Source: Parcubacteria group bacterium
GTDB taxonomy: Bacteria > Patescibacteriota > Microgenomatia > UBA1400 > PJMF01
DNA: 64,000 nucleotides
Assembly (NCBI GenBank): GCA_943350175.1
Contig: CALQZX010000002.1
Span: forward strand, 2,061-66,060
Direction of reading: 5' to 3'
A program made the translations under genes and the position numbers. Of this stretch, positions 62,436 through 64,000 are shown in pieces; the stretch's first letter is position 1, and each line of letters begins with the position of its first letter. A model generated the notes under the pieces. The model ran no database searches. It had not been told where the DNA came from and saw only the letters and a list, made by a program, of their open reading frames with translations.

Positions 62436-63932
62436 TTACACTTTTTCAGTAACTTTGTATTCCATATATTTGCCCAACATTAATCTGGTGTGAGCGTCTA
62501 TGCCTGGTAAAGCAGAGAAGAAGAATCCGACAACCGGAATCAAAAGAAATTCGAGCGGCTGCAAAATATAGGAAATAACGGTTCTTTTTTTATCTTGAGC
62601 TGGTCTATTGCTGGCATCAATCAGGAAAATAGTTAGCATCGAAATAAGTGAAAGGGTCAATAAGGCTGAGGTGACCTGAGGCAGTGTGCTGCCAATAATA
62701 GTGCGATTAAATTCATCATTAAGCAGTGGCGGCAACATGGCAGAAACGGTGACCGCGAACCAATTGACTGGCCACAAGAAATGGTCCTCCACTAATTTAA
62801 CGACGCGTATGGTTTTATCCCAAAATGGGATGCCTTCAGTTAAGACATACTGGCGAATGACGTAGGCATCGTCGCTAACCCCCCAAGCCCAGCGTTTAAT
62901 CTGCTCATATTGGCTGTGCATGGTTTTCCAAAAGCCATTTGACTCCACAGCGTCAGCATAAATTGGCAAAAAGATTGGCTCAACTTCAAAATCACCTTTT
63001 TTGGCAAAGTATGACTTAAAGAAGAGACGATAATCTTCTGGAATAACGTCGGTGTCCCAATATCCAATTTCCTCAACATGTTTGAGACTGGTAGAGTAAG
63101 TAGAGAAATTAATCAAACGATCGCGACGAGAAAGAATATAGATTTGAGCCACTGATTGAATAGCAGCCAAAACACGAATAGGAGCGGGGACTTTCCAAAT
63201 ATTATTGTAAAAACTAATTCCACCCTGCCAAATACGGTTGTATGGTTTTTCACTAGTTAAAAAAAGATAAGTTAGGTGGGAGAAATAGTGTGGATGAAAT
63301 ATAGCGTCGGCGTCTTCGCTGGTAATCGTAATATTGCCAATTGGCACGCCTTCTTTGTCGACGAGTTCTTTTTTAGCAGCGATAGCGCCATAGCAAGTAT
63401 TGGATGATTTGCCCTTGATTTCACCAATGATATCAGGATGCTTGCTAGTCCAAAGGTGGCCGAATTGTTGACCAAATCGTTCTTGTAGAATCTTGGCTTT
63501 TTCATCGACAATGTCACCCTCCCTCTCTTCAAAGGAAAGCATGATGTGAATGTTCTTGTTGGGGAAAGTTTGCTTGGCGAGACCATTCAAAGTTCTTTCT
63601 AGAGTAGAAATTGGTTCCTGATAGGTTGGGATGACGATAATGTGATGAATATCTAAATATTTTGAAGGAAATTGTTTTTTTAATTCAGGCAGATAATCAT
63701 ATTTGCTGAAAGCTTTGATCTTAAAATGTGAGATGGTCGCAAAGAAAGTTAAAATCAAAGAGCGATATAGCCAATAGACTGCAAAAATAATGACATAATA
63801 GGCAACTGCTTGAGGAATAACCAAAGATCCCCAAACTGGAAATAGAATTAAAAACCAAGAGAAAACTCCTGGAAGAATTTCTAAAGCTCTTCTGGTGCGG
63901 ATTGGGTGGCGACGAAAATATTTTTTGACCAT
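62436..63932 (-). CDS. membrane-embedded processive family-2 glycosyltransferase (QxxRW)
   Basis: VIPTYQEP, EDADA, and QYEQIKRWAWG (Q-x2-RW) with flanking TM helices. Confidence 0.65.
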   Translation of the reverse strand: MVKKYFRRHPIRTRRALEILPGVFSWFLILFPVWGSLVIPQAVAYYVIIFAVYWLYRSLILTFFATISHFKIKAFSKYDYLPELKKQFPSKYLDIHHIIVIPTYQEPISTLERTLNGLAKQTFPNKNIHIMLSFEEREGDIVDEKAKILQERFGQQFGHLWTSKHPDIIGEIKGKSSNTCYGAIAAKKELVDKEGVPIGNITITSEDADAIFHPHYFSHLTYLFLTSEKPYNRIWQGGISFYNNIWKVPAPIRVLAAIQSVAQIYILSRRDRLINFSTYSTSLKHVEEIGYWDTDVIPEDYRLFFKSYFAKKGDFEVEPIFLPIYADAVESNGFWKTMHSQYEQIKRWAWGVSDDAYVIRQYVLTEGIPFWDKTIRVVKLVEDHFLWPVNWFAVTVSAMLPPLLNDEFNRTIIGSTLPQVTSALLTLSLISMLTIFLIDASNRPAQDKKRTVISYILQPLEFLLIPVVGFFFSALPGIDAHTRLMLGKYMEYKVTEKV

Positions 63933-64000
63933 ATTTATATTTGTATATTATAGCTTAAATGCATCTAGTGAATTTTGATAGATCTCTGTTAAATTTGCAC

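Noticed and set aside
1-64000. Alternative genetic code (UGA=Gly, candidate-phylum codes 25)
   Set aside because: Several conserved genes (hisC, hisB, hisH junctions ATGA; others) terminate at TGA at the expected protein length. Reading through would not improve the models, so the standard bacterial code fits.
1-64000. CRISPR arrays, rRNA or tRNA genes
   Set aside because: No regularly spaced direct repeats, no rRNA-like conserved blocks, and no tRNA cloverleaf signatures (GTTCRANYC T-loop with matching acceptor stems) were seen on either strand.

Overview
AT-rich (~35% GC) bacterial chromosomal window read with the standard code, since conserved his genes end on TGA. Sortase-dependent surface proteins and T-box-type regulation suggest a Gram-positive-type envelope. 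Core content: a complete, tightly overlapping histidine operon hisG-D-C(HAD fusion)-B-H-A-F-I-E (5.1-12.4 kb) preceded by a sigma70-like promoter, an operator-like palindrome, a TrpR/YerC-like gene and a T-box-like leader. Oxidative pentose-phosphate genes pgl/gnd/zwf lie at 38.9-42.0 kb. dnaG, a CsoR-like repressor with trxA/trxB, and maf lie at 54.3-58.5 kb. Two envelope-glycan clusters lie at 48.4-53.0 kb and 58.4-63.9 kb. There is an ECF sigma with a MacAB-like efflux system, a heterodimeric ABC exporter, an ABC-F protein and a TrmH methyltransferase. Accessory islands are interspersed: (i) 1-4236, a partial HNH-domain ORF, a GC-rich structured leader, Cys-rich secreted/membrane proteins and a membrane-anchored DUF4145+Mrr-like nuclease protein; (ii) 12.5-19.1 kb directly after hisE, a DinD N-domain-like protein, a DUF2130-like PD-(D/E)xK protein and a 1616-1628 aa alpha-helical giant protein; (iii) 21.9-23.2 kb, a thioredoxin-like CxxC protein with an ArsP-like TPFCSCS permease; (iv) 29.7-31.2 kb, an ArsR-DUF2892-rhodanese operon; (v) 42.9-46.6 kb, a sortase with an atypical substrate, a DUF3800 gene and a DUF1016 nuclease gene; (vi) 46.7-48.3 kb, a ~460-nt hairpin-dense RNA-like region followed by a high-GC (>55%) lipoprotein gene and a 13-bp GC-rich terminator hairpin, probably horizontally acquired. 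No rRNA, tRNA or CRISPR arrays were seen. All family assignments come from motif recognition by eye, not from searches.
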